A stretch of 62,736 nucleotides of DNA, filler included, from an uncultured Thermoplasmatales archaeon (GTDB taxonomy: Archaea; Thermoplasmatota; E2; DHVEG-1), in assembly GCA_964517155.1 (NCBI GenBank). It is 3 parts of 3 records of this genome, joined end to end, with 100 filler letters (N's around TTAATTAATTAA, not from the genome) between each part and the next. Parts side by side here need not be neighbours in the genome. Positions count along the whole stretch, not along the records: positions 1 to 23,677 come from CAZFAZ010000023.1; 2 more parts are not named here. The stretch is one strand, 5' to 3'. The notes beneath the pieces were generated by a model. It did not search any database. It saw nothing but the letters and a program-made list of their open reading frames with translations, and was not told the origin of the DNA. Shown here piece by piece: positions 1 through 8,252 of the stretch (within the stretch, counting starts at the first letter, position 1; every line of letters starts with the position of its first letter). A program made the translations under genes and the position numbers.

Positions 1-19
1 ATTACATACTGATGTTTGC

Positions 20-712
20 TCAGTTCATGATATTTGTTACAAAGTTGTGTATACCTTCGGCCACATCTTGCCAGTTGTTATTGGAAAAAAAATGATGACA
101 ACCATCGTACAGTTCATATTCTGCATTATATTTCATAGATATTCGTTTAACTAATTCAGGAGCACATACTTTATCCTGTTTTGTTGCAATAAATAAAAGG
201 GGACATCTGACTTTTGTTTCATCCACACGTATCCTGTTCATCCCTAATTCATACGTGACAATTGATGATTGTTTCTCTAATCTTTCATATATCTTTTTTG
301 CTTTTTCTTCCTCTATCCCAACCAACATGTATTTTCTAACATACGTATAATCTTGTTTGAATGGAAGTCCTATTATAACATTCAGTGCGTACTTTGCAGA
401 AGACAACACAATACTCCCTTGAAATTTCACTCCTTTAGGTGCTGCAGAGCATACAGCAACGCCACCTTTTATACTTGATTCTTCTGCTAGTTTCTGGACA
501 ATCAGACCACCCATTGAATGGCCTATAACGATATCATCCTTTGTTGCTATGCTCTTTACTTTTTCTACATAATCTTGAAAGTGAACTTTTCTCAGATCCA
601 ATCCTTCCTTCAAATCCACTGCTTTGCATAAAAAATTCCTATCATTAAAATACTTGATCATTGGATTCCAAACCGTCTCATTGGATAACATCCCATGTAC
701 AAAAATAAGCAT
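20..712 (-). CDS. alpha/beta fold hydrolase (esterase/lipase-like)
   Basis: HG oxyanion motif (FVHGM), nucleophile elbow GHSMG, Asp in QDKVC and His in GCHH. Confidence 0.85.
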   Translation of the reverse strand: MLIFVHGMLSNETVWNPMIKYFNDRNFLCKAVDLKEGLDLRKVHFQDYVEKVKSIATKDDIVIGHSMGGLIVQKLAEESSIKGGVAVCSAAPKGVKFQGSIVLSSAKYALNVIIGLPFKQDYTYVRKYMLVGIEEEKAKKIYERLEKQSSIVTYELGMNRIRVDETKVRCPLLFIATKQDKVCAPELVKRISMKYNAEYELYDGCHHFFSNNNWQDVAEGIHNFVTNIMN

Positions 713-1152
713 ATCAATCCCAGATATTGGTTAGATCACTATGTTACTTATTTGATGTACGCTTAAAAAGTAATGGGTTGATATAATTGCATAAAACTTG
801 GATATACTGAAACTAGTATGGTTGTTAACAGACTAAAAACGTTGCTTATTTGTATATTCATTACATAACTCCCTATACATAATATCTATCTAATCACTAT
901 GGTTACACTATGGTTACATCCATGAAGATCTTTTTCGTAATCCCTAGATTGTTACCATATATATAGAGAAAATAATGAATCATATATTTTTAATATTTGC
1001 ATTTAAATATTCATTATAGGAAAAAACTACTTGATATGTTTCTCCTGTAAAGTTTTAATAACAATTATACCCATATCTGTATTATAATCCTCATCAAAAA
1101 GGAAAATTAAACAAGGCGGGGCTGAATCATAAACAATACTACAGGTGAGAAA

Positions 1153-1971
1153 ATATGGGGTTTTGTTAGACTTATTCGACCGGAGATTATTATTCTAGGG
1201 ATAGTCTGTGTTTATGTTGGCGCCCTTGTTGCCGGATCTGAATTATTTACTCTTAGACTGCTTTTGGGGATGGCCGCTGTGTTTTTTATCGGGGCTGGAT
1301 GTCATCCGTTTAATGATTATTTTGACTATGAGATAGATAAAATCAGTCATCCTAAAAGACCTTTACCTTTAGGAGTATTCAAAAGAAAAACCGGTATCTA
1401 TATGGGTGTGATTTTTTTCGTACTTAGTATAGTTTTATCATCGTTAATCAACCTCTTTTGTCTTTCCATAAATATTATTGGGATAGTTCTCATATTACTT
1501 TATGAATCGTCATTAAAAAACAAAGGTTTAGGTGGTAATTTGCTTGTTGCCTTTACTGTTTCATTATCATTTAATTATGGTGGCGCTATTGCAGGTGATG
1601 TTTTCAAACCAATATTTTTCACTTTGATCACATTTTTCATTTTCTTTGGACGGGAGATTATGATGGATGTTAGGGATTTTGAAGGGGAAAAAAAAACAAG
1701 AGTAACATTACCTGCCGTAATTGGAAAAAAAATGGCTGTCTATTTATCTAGCGTCATGGTAGTAATTTCTATGATTTTTCTTTTTGTACCATTTTTAAAT
1801 GGCTTGTTTAGTATTTGGTATGGACTTCTGGCTATTCCCCTGTCTATCTTTACTATTTATGCTTTATCTCTTTCAATTATTAACTTGGAAAAAGTTGGTA
1901 GAACAGCAGAGATGTTGAGGTTAACAATGATCCTAGGATTAATCTTGTTTATAGTCGGTATTTTTTCCTAA
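1153..1971 (+). CDS. UbiA-family prenyltransferase (digeranylgeranylglyceryl phosphate synthase-like); true start uncertain, upstream of the ORF-track start at 1264
   Basis: NDYFDYEIDKISHPKRPLP and DVRDFEGE Asp-rich motifs, many TM segments; the frame stays open upstream to 1126 and encodes the typical RLIRP N-terminus. Confidence 0.8.
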   Translation: MWGFVRLIRPEIIILGIVCVYVGALVAGSELFTLRLLLGMAAVFFIGAGCHPFNDYFDYEIDKISHPKRPLPLGVFKRKTGIYMGVIFFVLSIVLSSLINLFCLSINIIGIVLILLYESSLKNKGLGGNLLVAFTVSLSFNYGGAIAGDVFKPIFFTLITFFIFFGREIMMDVRDFEGEKKTRVTLPAVIGKKMAVYLSSVMVVISMIFLFVPFLNGLFSIWYGLLAIPLSIFTIYALSLSIINLEKVGRTAEMLRLTMILGLILFIVGIFS

Positions 1972-2017
1972 TCACCTTTTTTCGCTGATACAATTGAGTC
2001 CACAGGTCATGTAACAG

Positions 2018-2057
2018 CTAAAACTCCATAGTTTTGTAACTCTAAAACTCCATAGTT
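2018..2057. repeat. 16-bp direct repeat CTAAAACTCCATAGTT, 2 copies
   Basis: Identical copies at 2018-2033 and 2042-2057, each preceded by GTAAC. Confidence 0.8.
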
Positions 2058-2202
2058 GGAGTTGGGATTACTCATCTTAAAAAGTATGTTCTGTTGATAT
2101 TTTACAGGGCTATTCGTACCTCTTTACTGTGCCCTTCAGTCACACCAGTCAAACGTAAAATGTCTAAATACTCTCCAAGAATCTCGGAAGAAATTCTCAA
2201 TA

Positions 2203-2276
2203 TGGGCTTAAGGAGATTCGAACTCCTGACCTCCGCCGTGTGAAGGCGACGTCATAACCAACTAGACCATAAGCCC
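2203..2276 (-). tRNA. tRNA-Val(CAC)
   Basis: Reverse complement GGGCTTATGGTCTAGTTGGTTATGACGTCGCCTTCACACGGCGGAGGTCAGGAGTTCGAATCTCCTTAAGCCCA folds as a cloverleaf with anticodon CAC; no encoded CCA. Confidence 0.95.
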
Positions 2277-2428
2277 TTATTTAAAATCTTATTAGGGTAG
2301 AATACGGGTAATAGATAAATGTTTTTCGACAGATAGCGGTGCGTTTGTTTTGGATTGTTAAGAAAGATTTATCAAGAGCGTTGTTTTTTATATATGTGAA
2401 AGAATTGGTTCATGCAAGGTAGTTTTCT

Positions 2429-2965
2429 ATGAAAAAATTACGATTTATCAATAAACTAACACCTAAGACCGAACAAGAGGATGAGTGTTCTAAAGAACCA
2501 TCTGAGCCCTCTCAACCAGTTGTCTCTGATCAGAAGAAGTATAAAGCGGAGTATCGTGAGACGTTGTATGCTAATGAGGATGTCTCTGCTCCATCGTTTG
2601 ATTCATTTCGTTTTCGTAATGTGGAACACATTGAATCAACTGTGGATACTCTTCATAATCGTTCATCAAGAACCTCAGAGTCAGATATCGAGCGACGAGT
2701 GGATTCTGTGTTGTCCAAACAACCAACTCAACAATCTCGTAAACCCGCTAATGTCATCTATGTGGTGAGTAAACCTACTCCTGGGCAGGTGCGAGGTGAT
2801 TGGGCGGTACGAAGTCATGGAAAGATCTATAGTCATCATCGTACGAAGGAGAATGCGATCAAGAATGCTCGTCAAATAGCATCTGAGAAGGAGGCAACGG
2901 TTCTTGTTCAGAATATGGATGGGACGTTTCGGATGAGTTACAAACCTAAAACGAAAAAGGAGTGA
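2429..2965 (+). CDS. DUF2188-like domain protein with polar/disordered N-terminus
   Basis: C-terminal pattern YVV..DWAVR..HRTKENAIKNARQIA..VLVQNMDGTFR. Confidence 0.65.
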   Translation: MKKLRFINKLTPKTEQEDECSKEPSEPSQPVVSDQKKYKAEYRETLYANEDVSAPSFDSFRFRNVEHIESTVDTLHNRSSRTSESDIERRVDSVLSKQPTQQSRKPANVIYVVSKPTPGQVRGDWAVRSHGKIYSHHRTKENAIKNARQIASEKEATVLVQNMDGTFRMSYKPKTKKE

Positions 2966-3030
2966 CCGTTTATAGGGTATATGAGATACTCTTTTTTTGA
3001 TATGTGTTCTTTTGTATGGATGTGTTATGT

Positions 3031-3564
3031 ATGATAGCGGTGTTACGTCTTGGCCATCGACCGTTTCGTGATAAACGGATCACGACGCATGTGGCATTGG
3101 TGTCACGTGCTTTTGGTGCTGACGAGATCTATATTGATACAAAAGATGAAGGTATTGAACGCACTCTTACGTCTCTCTCACAGCGATTTGGCGGGTCTTT
3201 TAAGGTTCAAACTGGTGTGAACGCGTTAGGTATGGTGAAGAATTGGTCAGGGGTTGTCGTTCATCTAACGATGTATGGAGAGACTCTCTCAAAGGCAGTG
3301 GATGCGTTAAAAAAAGAAGCATCTAAGGATCTTCTTGTCATCGTTGGAGCGGAAAAGGTTCCTCCACAGTATTATGAGCTATCAGATTGGAATATATCTG
3401 TTGGCACCCAGCCTCATTCAGAGGTAGCGGCTCTTGCGGTCTTTTTAGATAGGATGACCGATGGTTCCTGGCAAGAGAAACAGTTCAATGGTGAAATGAC
3501 CATTATTCCTTCAAGACAAGGCAAACAGGTCGCTTCAAACGTAGGATCTAATGGTGAACGCTAA
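3031..3564 (+). CDS. trm56: tRNA (cytidine56-2'-O)-methyltransferase (SPOUT)
   Basis: VLRLGHRPFRDKRITTHVALVSRAFGA, VHLTMYG, VGAEKVP, QPHSEVAALAVFLDR. Confidence 0.93.
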   Translation: MIAVLRLGHRPFRDKRITTHVALVSRAFGADEIYIDTKDEGIERTLTSLSQRFGGSFKVQTGVNALGMVKNWSGVVVHLTMYGETLSKAVDALKKEASKDLLVIVGAEKVPPQYYELSDWNISVGTQPHSEVAALAVFLDRMTDGSWQEKQFNGEMTIIPSRQGKQVASNVGSNGER

Positions 3565-4085
3565 TGGATGAAACACCATCTAGAGAACAATGTATACAGC
3601 TTCTTCGAGATGTAGGATGTTCTAATGAGGTCATCTGTCATTGTAAAGCAGTACGGGATGTAGCGGTACGTATCGCTCAAAAAGCTGGTGCACGCATTGA
3701 CCTTGTTGAAGCAGGTGCGTTATTACATGATATCGGGAGAGCTAAGACCAATACTATCCGACATGCTATCGAAGGAGTGAAGATAGCAAAGAGACTAGGA
3801 TTATCTCAGGAGATAATCGATATCATCGAACGTCATATCGGTGCAGGGATCTCAATAGATGTTGCACGTTCCTTAGGTCTTCCAAAAAAAGAATATATAC
3901 CTTTGACACTTGAGGAAAAGATAGTCTGTCATGCAGATAATCTTCTTGATGATTGTACCCGTCAACCAATAGAAAAAGAGATCGAAAAAGCGTTATCATC
4001 CGGTCATAACGAATACGCGGTACGGCTAGCTCGTCTTCACTGGGAGCTAAGTAAGTTATGCGGTATGGACCTTAACAAGATATAA
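3564..4085 (+). CDS. HD(IG)-domain phosphohydrolase, translationally coupled to trm56
   Basis: GALLHDIGR, ERHIGAG, EEKIVCHADN; TAATG stop/start overlap. Confidence 0.88.
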   Translation: MDETPSREQCIQLLRDVGCSNEVICHCKAVRDVAVRIAQKAGARIDLVEAGALLHDIGRAKTNTIRHAIEGVKIAKRLGLSQEIIDIIERHIGAGISIDVARSLGLPKKEYIPLTLEEKIVCHADNLLDDCTRQPIEKEIEKALSSGHNEYAVRLARLHWELSKLCGMDLNKI

Positions 4086-4155
4086 GATACACTAGAAAAA
4101 GATATATATGGTTTTTAGAATGTAGCCCTTACATCTGTTATGTTTTTTCATCTAT

Positions 4156-4240
4156 GCAGGGGTAGCCAAGCCTGGTCAACGGCGCAAGGTTGAGGGCCTT
4201 GTCCTGTAGAGGTCCGCGAGTTCAAATCTCGTCCCCTGCA
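4156..4240 (+). tRNA. tRNA-Leu(GAG)
   Basis: GCAGGGG..CCCCTGC-A acceptor stem, CAAGG-TTGAGGG-CCTTG anticodon arm, long variable arm, GTTCAAATC T-loop; 85 nt. Confidence 0.95.
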
Positions 4241-4299
4241 TTATTTTATTTATATAAGGTCACAAAATTACACAATAATTATAAGTATTGGATTTTAAA

Positions 4300-4383
4300 G
4301 TGCCCATACATAGTAATTGTTAATCTCGCATGGGCACAAAATTTAACAAAAAAAGATAACTTTATATAATGTTGTGCCCATAC
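4300..4383. promoter_or_regulatory. Promoter of fic (TATA box near 4361-4368) with GTGCCCAT repeats, probable operator
   Basis: ATGGGCACAA (4330-4339) and TTGTGCCCAT (4372-4381) form a perfect inverted repeat around TTTATATA; third copy GTGCCCATAC at 4300-4309. Confidence 0.55.
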
Positions 4384-4389
4384 TTAAAC

Positions 4390-5331
4390 ATGGCTTATTT
4401 AGAGAAAATTGAGAGGAATGGTAAAACTTATTACTACATCACAAAGAATTTTAGAATTAGTAACAAGAAATGGAGGAAAATAAGAAAATATATTGGTGAC
4501 AAACCACCTTCAAAGAAACAGACAAAGGAAGCAACAGAGGAAATTGAATCAGAGGCGTTAAAAAAAGGGTTCATGAAACCTGTTTCTAAAAATAAATATT
4601 TAACTGATGGTGAAACAGAAAAATTACAGGATTTAAAAGAAGTTTTTAAAAAATGGTACGGGAAGCTAAGCCTTATTGGTAGAAAAAAATATGAAGAAGA
4701 TTTTGTCGTTAGATTTACCTATAACTCAAATGCTATTGAAGGAAACCGCCTAAGTCTTCGTGAAACAAGTATGATTCTAACTGAGGATATAATTCCTGCT
4801 GGTGTCACCCCTAAGGATTATAATGAGGCGATAAACTCAAAAGACTGTTATGCGTTTATCAAAAAATATACGGGAGAATTCAATCAAAAATTTTTACTGC
4901 AAATTCATGAATTAATCACCAAAAATACTGACTGCGAAATGGTAGGTGATTACAGAGACCATGATGTTAGGATTTCTGGTTCTGAGTGGATTCCTCCCTC
5001 TTATAAAAAAGTTAAAGAAGAAATGAGAAAAGTATTCCAGTGGTACTACTCTGCCAAGAAGAAACTGCATCCTGTTGAATTAGGCGCTATTCTGCATAAC
5101 AAGTTAGTACAAATCCACCCATTCTCTGATGGCAACGGAAGGATATCAAGGGTTGTAATAAATTGGATATTAATGAAGAATAAATTTCCAATGTTTTACA
5201 TAGAAGTAAGAGATAAGATCAACTATTATGAAGCAGTTGAAGAAGGAGATAAAGGCAATGATGGAGCAATAGTGCATTACATTGTTAAAGTGATGATACA
5301 ACAACATACTTTCGAATCTAAAAAAGAGTAA
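4390..5331 (+). CDS. Fic family protein (AMPylase, class II with internal inhibitory motif)
   Basis: HPFSDGNGRISR Fic motif; SNAIEGN inhibitory motif; ATG 4390 fits a leaderless start from the TATA box. Confidence 0.92.
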   Translation: MAYLEKIERNGKTYYYITKNFRISNKKWRKIRKYIGDKPPSKKQTKEATEEIESEALKKGFMKPVSKNKYLTDGETEKLQDLKEVFKKWYGKLSLIGRKKYEEDFVVRFTYNSNAIEGNRLSLRETSMILTEDIIPAGVTPKDYNEAINSKDCYAFIKKYTGEFNQKFLLQIHELITKNTDCEMVGDYRDHDVRISGSEWIPPSYKKVKEEMRKVFQWYYSAKKKLHPVELGAILHNKLVQIHPFSDGNGRISRVVINWILMKNKFPMFYIEVRDKINYYEAVEEGDKGNDGAIVHYIVKVMIQQHTFESKKE

Positions 5332-5377
5332 TATATGATGGATTTTACTACTCGTTAGGATATCTTATTCAGCATTT

Positions 5378-5416
5378 TTTTACCGGTAAACTCGAGTCAA
5401 TATCTCGTCCCCTGCA
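5378..5416 (+). repeat. 39-bp att-like repeat, copy 1 (palindrome plus tRNA-Leu 3' end)
   Basis: TTTTACCGGTAAACTCGAGTCAATATCTCGTCCCCTGCA; 38/39 identical to 6046-6084. Confidence 0.92.
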
Positions 5417-5482
5417 TTTTTTATATCTGTTAAAGAAAGGTTTATAAATAATAAATTATATAGTAACTATAGGTGATATATA

Positions 5483-5710
5483 ATGGATAATCCAACTACA
5501 ATTCAATTAGACAAATCTGTTGTGAAATCCCTTAAACAGATTAGAGAACATCCAAGACAAACATATAACGAACTAATTTTGCGTATGATAGAACTTTTTA
5601 AAAATATAAAAAAGAGAAACCAATATGATGAGTTTCTTCATAAAATCCAACAACAGAAAATGAAGGAATTATGGGATAACAAAGAAGATGAGGCATGGGA
5701 AGATGCTTAA
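5483..5710 (+). CDS. Putative antitoxin (RHH-like, acidic C-terminus)
   Basis: TTIQL..TYNELILRMI N-terminus, ELWDNKEDEAWEDA tail; GGTGA SD; overlaps the toxin gene. Confidence 0.7.
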   Translation: MDNPTTIQLDKSVVKSLKQIREHPRQTYNELILRMIELFKNIKKRNQYDEFLHKIQQQKMKELWDNKEDEAWEDA

Positions 5711-6017
5711 ATCAGGTGATGTAGTAATCGCCCAAATACAATTTACAGATACTTTTGAAATAAAAAAGAGACCAGCACTTGTTCTTTTTGAAGAATTTGA
5801 TAATGTAGTAGTTGCAGGGATAACAAGTAATCTTGAAATGAAAGGAGTTATTCTTACAAAAAAAGAAGGAGCTATAAAAGATAGTGTGATAAAGTTAAAT
5901 TATATATTCACAATATCAAAATCAATGATATCAAAGACTTTGTTTCATCTCAGTAAAGAGAAAAAACGTATGATTTTTGATGAGTTAACAAAGCGATTAG
6001 ATATATTAAATAAATGA
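5703..6017 (+). CDS. PemK/MazF family toxin
   Basis: GDVV..FTD..KKRPALVL..VVVAGITS..DSVIKLNYIFTI pattern. Confidence 0.85.
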   Translation: MLKSGDVVIAQIQFTDTFEIKKRPALVLFEEFDNVVVAGITSNLEMKGVILTKKEGAIKDSVIKLNYIFTISKSMISKTLFHLSKEKKRMIFDELTKRLDILNK

Positions 6018-6045
6018 ATTGATACAACGGGAGAGAATCTATTTA

Positions 6046-6084
6046 TTTTACCGGTAAACTCGAGTCAGTATCTCGTCCCCTGCA
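6046..6084 (+). repeat. 39-bp att-like repeat, copy 2
   Basis: TTTTACCGGTAAACTCGAGTCAGTATCTCGTCCCCTGCA. Confidence 0.92.
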
Positions 6085-6103
6085 CTAATTTTTACAAAAT
6101 ACT

Positions 6104-7411
6104 CTAGGGTGTCAATCTTGTTCTATCCCTTGGAAATAAAATACATTCTCTAACGTTTTGAATATCCAGTAGTTCCATAAGAAAACGCTCAATACCAAAA
6201 CCAAAACCACCATGAGGCGGCATACCATATCTAAATGCTTTAAGATACGACTCAAAATCCTTAGGATTCAAATTACATTCTTTTATTCTCTCTTTTAAAA
6301 GCTCAACATTATGAATACGCTGACTACCAGAAGCAAGCTCTACTCCTTTACATTCTAAATCAAAACTTCTAGAAAGACTATCGCTTTCAGGCATTGTATA
6401 AAATGGTTTAGCCTTTAAAGGATACTTTGTAATAAAATAAAACTCAAAACCATCTTTTTGCATAATCTCTCCAAGTAATTTTTCTTCTTCAGAACCAAGA
6501 TCTATGCCCCAGTCCATTTTGCAGCCATTATCATTTAATTTTTTAACTGCATCATCATAAGATACACGTTTAAATGGAAGTTTTGGAACTTTAATATCTA
6601 AATTTAAAAGTTCTAATTCATCTTTGCAAGTGCTTGCTTTCTTCCACATACTATGAACAAGACCTTCAAGTATCTTCATAACATCTTCTTCACTTTGAAT
6701 AAAACTCATCTCAACATCAACAGCAGTACTTTCATTTAAATGACGACGAGTATTATGCTCTTCTGCTCTAAAATACCAAGTAATCTCATATACCCTATCA
6801 AAACCAGTAGCCATCATAGTTTGTTTATAAAGTTGAGGAGATTGAGCAAGAAAAGCTTCTTTTTCAAAATATTTAAACTTAAAAACCTCGGTTCCACCCT
6901 CAGAACTACTGGCATTAATATTAGACGTATGAATCTCAGTGAAATCCTGACTTTGCATATACTCATGAACTGCCTTTAAAACCTCATTTCTTATTTTAAA
7001 AATCGCTTGAATTTTAGGTTTTCTAAGGTCGATAAAACGATTATCAAGACGGGTATCCATCTCTGAATCTATTTTATCTACAACACCAAGCGGCAAAGGC
7101 GTCTCAGCTTTTCCTAAAAGCTTAAAACTCTCAGGGATAATCTCATAACCATTACGCGCTTTATCGCTTTTTTGACAAAGACCTGTAACTGAAATAACAG
7201 ATTCGCGTGGTAATTCTACAAGTTCTTTGAAAAGATCAGGATTTTCCTTTTTTAAACCTGTAACCTGCAGAGTACCTTTTCTATCACGTATGATAATAAA
7301 GGCGATATTGCCAATATTTCTAATATCTTCTAACCAACCGGCAACACTAATCTTTTTATTATATTCTTTACTTTTAACATCAACTGAATAATGACTTCTT
7401 AAAGCGTTCAT
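6104..7411 (-). CDS. aspS: Aspartyl-tRNA synthetase, archaeal type
   Basis: OB-fold N-terminus, RLDNRFIDLR, LAQSPQLYKQ, FRAEEH..RHLNE, GMPPHGGFGFGIER, FPRDRTRLTP. Confidence 0.95.
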   Translation of the reverse strand: MNALRSHYSVDVKSKEYNKKISVAGWLEDIRNIGNIAFIIIRDRKGTLQVTGLKKENPDLFKELVELPRESVISVTGLCQKSDKARNGYEIIPESFKLLGKAETPLPLGVVDKIDSEMDTRLDNRFIDLRKPKIQAIFKIRNEVLKAVHEYMQSQDFTEIHTSNINASSSEGGTEVFKFKYFEKEAFLAQSPQLYKQTMMATGFDRVYEITWYFRAEEHNTRRHLNESTAVDVEMSFIQSEEDVMKILEGLVHSMWKKASTCKDELELLNLDIKVPKLPFKRVSYDDAVKKLNDNGCKMDWGIDLGSEEEKLLGEIMQKDGFEFYFITKYPLKAKPFYTMPESDSLSRSFDLECKGVELASGSQRIHNVELLKERIKECNLNPKDFESYLKAFRYGMPPHGGFGFGIERFLMELLDIQNVRECILFPRDRTRLTP

Positions 7412-7426
7412 ACAATATACCCCTAA

Positions 7427-8176
7427 TCAAAACAAAGATTTTAGTCTTTTTGAAATAAACTCACAAGCCTCCAAAATCATTTTACGATTATCCCAATTAG
7501 AAACAAGTTCTTCTAAAGAAGTTTTATCCTGGTTTTTTAAAAGTTTAACCCATCTTTCAATATTTGGAATCGCACGAGTAACATTATCTACAATTGTAAT
7601 ACTTGCATTTTTTGCGGTACGCGATAAAGGATTTAAATCAATTGCGATAACTTTTTTATTCATATTTTTCAAAGCCTGACAGCGATCTCCATCCTCCAGA
7701 GGAACCAAAATAACATCAGAAGAAAAAATACCGTCACTATCACATATGCCCCGATCGTGTTCAAGACCAGGGATACGTGCATCTCCTCTGCAACCATATA
7801 CTTTACTTGCACCAAGAGTCTGAAGATTCCTAGTTAAAAGTCTCATACGTTTATCAGTACGATGAAAAAGATTAACCTCAATTTTTGCAGGTATCTCATC
7901 TGATAAACTGATGCACTCTTTACCTACAAGTGCTACAACATTACCATTAACACTAATAACAGGATTATTTGCAATAATAAGAGCGGCTGCTGCAACCTTT
8001 TCTGCATCATCTGCCGTAGGAATCGTCTTTTCACCTATCAAATAATCAAAAGCTTCTCCTCGACCATGTGCGATAAGACCTGTTTCATGAACAAGTCCTT
8101 TCTTTGTAGCATCAGATATTTTTTTCCTCGTTATCAAAGACTCATAACGAGGATGACTCTTTGGTATATCATCCAT
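7427..8176 (-). CDS. Archaeal 4-phosphopantoate--beta-alanine ligase (phosphopantothenate synthetase)
   Basis: IPKSHPRYESL, GLIAHGRGEAFDYLIGE, VPLEDGDR, IDLNPLSRT. Confidence 0.93.
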   Translation of the reverse strand: MDDIPKSHPRYESLITRKKISDATKKGLVHETGLIAHGRGEAFDYLIGEKTIPTADDAEKVAAAALIIANNPVISVNGNVVALVGKECISLSDEIPAKIEVNLFHRTDKRMRLLTRNLQTLGASKVYGCRGDARIPGLEHDRGICDSDGIFSSDVILVPLEDGDRCQALKNMNKKVIAIDLNPLSRTAKNASITIVDNVTRAIPNIERWVKLLKNQDKTSLEELVSNWDNRKMILEACEFISKRLKSLF

Positions 8177-8252
8177 AAATAAATACAGCAATAACAAACA
8201 CTTTTATAAAAACTCTTTTCAAGAAAAAAAATAAAAAAAGAAGAAAAATTTT

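Larger units (their letters stand above)
4241..5416 (+). mobile_element. tRNA-Leu-anchored cassette 1 (1176 bp, Fic gene)
   Basis: Bounded by ATCTCGTCCCCTGCA at 4226-4240 (tRNA 3' end) and 5402-5416; no integrase inside. Confidence 0.7.
5417..6084 (+). mobile_element. tRNA-Leu-anchored cassette 2 (668 bp, toxin-antitoxin pair)
   Basis: Bounded by the two 39-bp repeats; contains only a promoter, antitoxin and toxin. Confidence 0.7.

Noticed and set aside
5378..5416. Repeat copies as additional tRNA genes
   Set aside because: Only the T-arm and acceptor 3' strand are present; no D or anticodon arm and the T-loop is altered
5378..6084. 39-bp and 36-bp repeats (also 45964/47410) as CRISPR repeats
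   Set aside because: Only two copies each, separated by whole genes rather than 30-45-nt spacers; no cas genes
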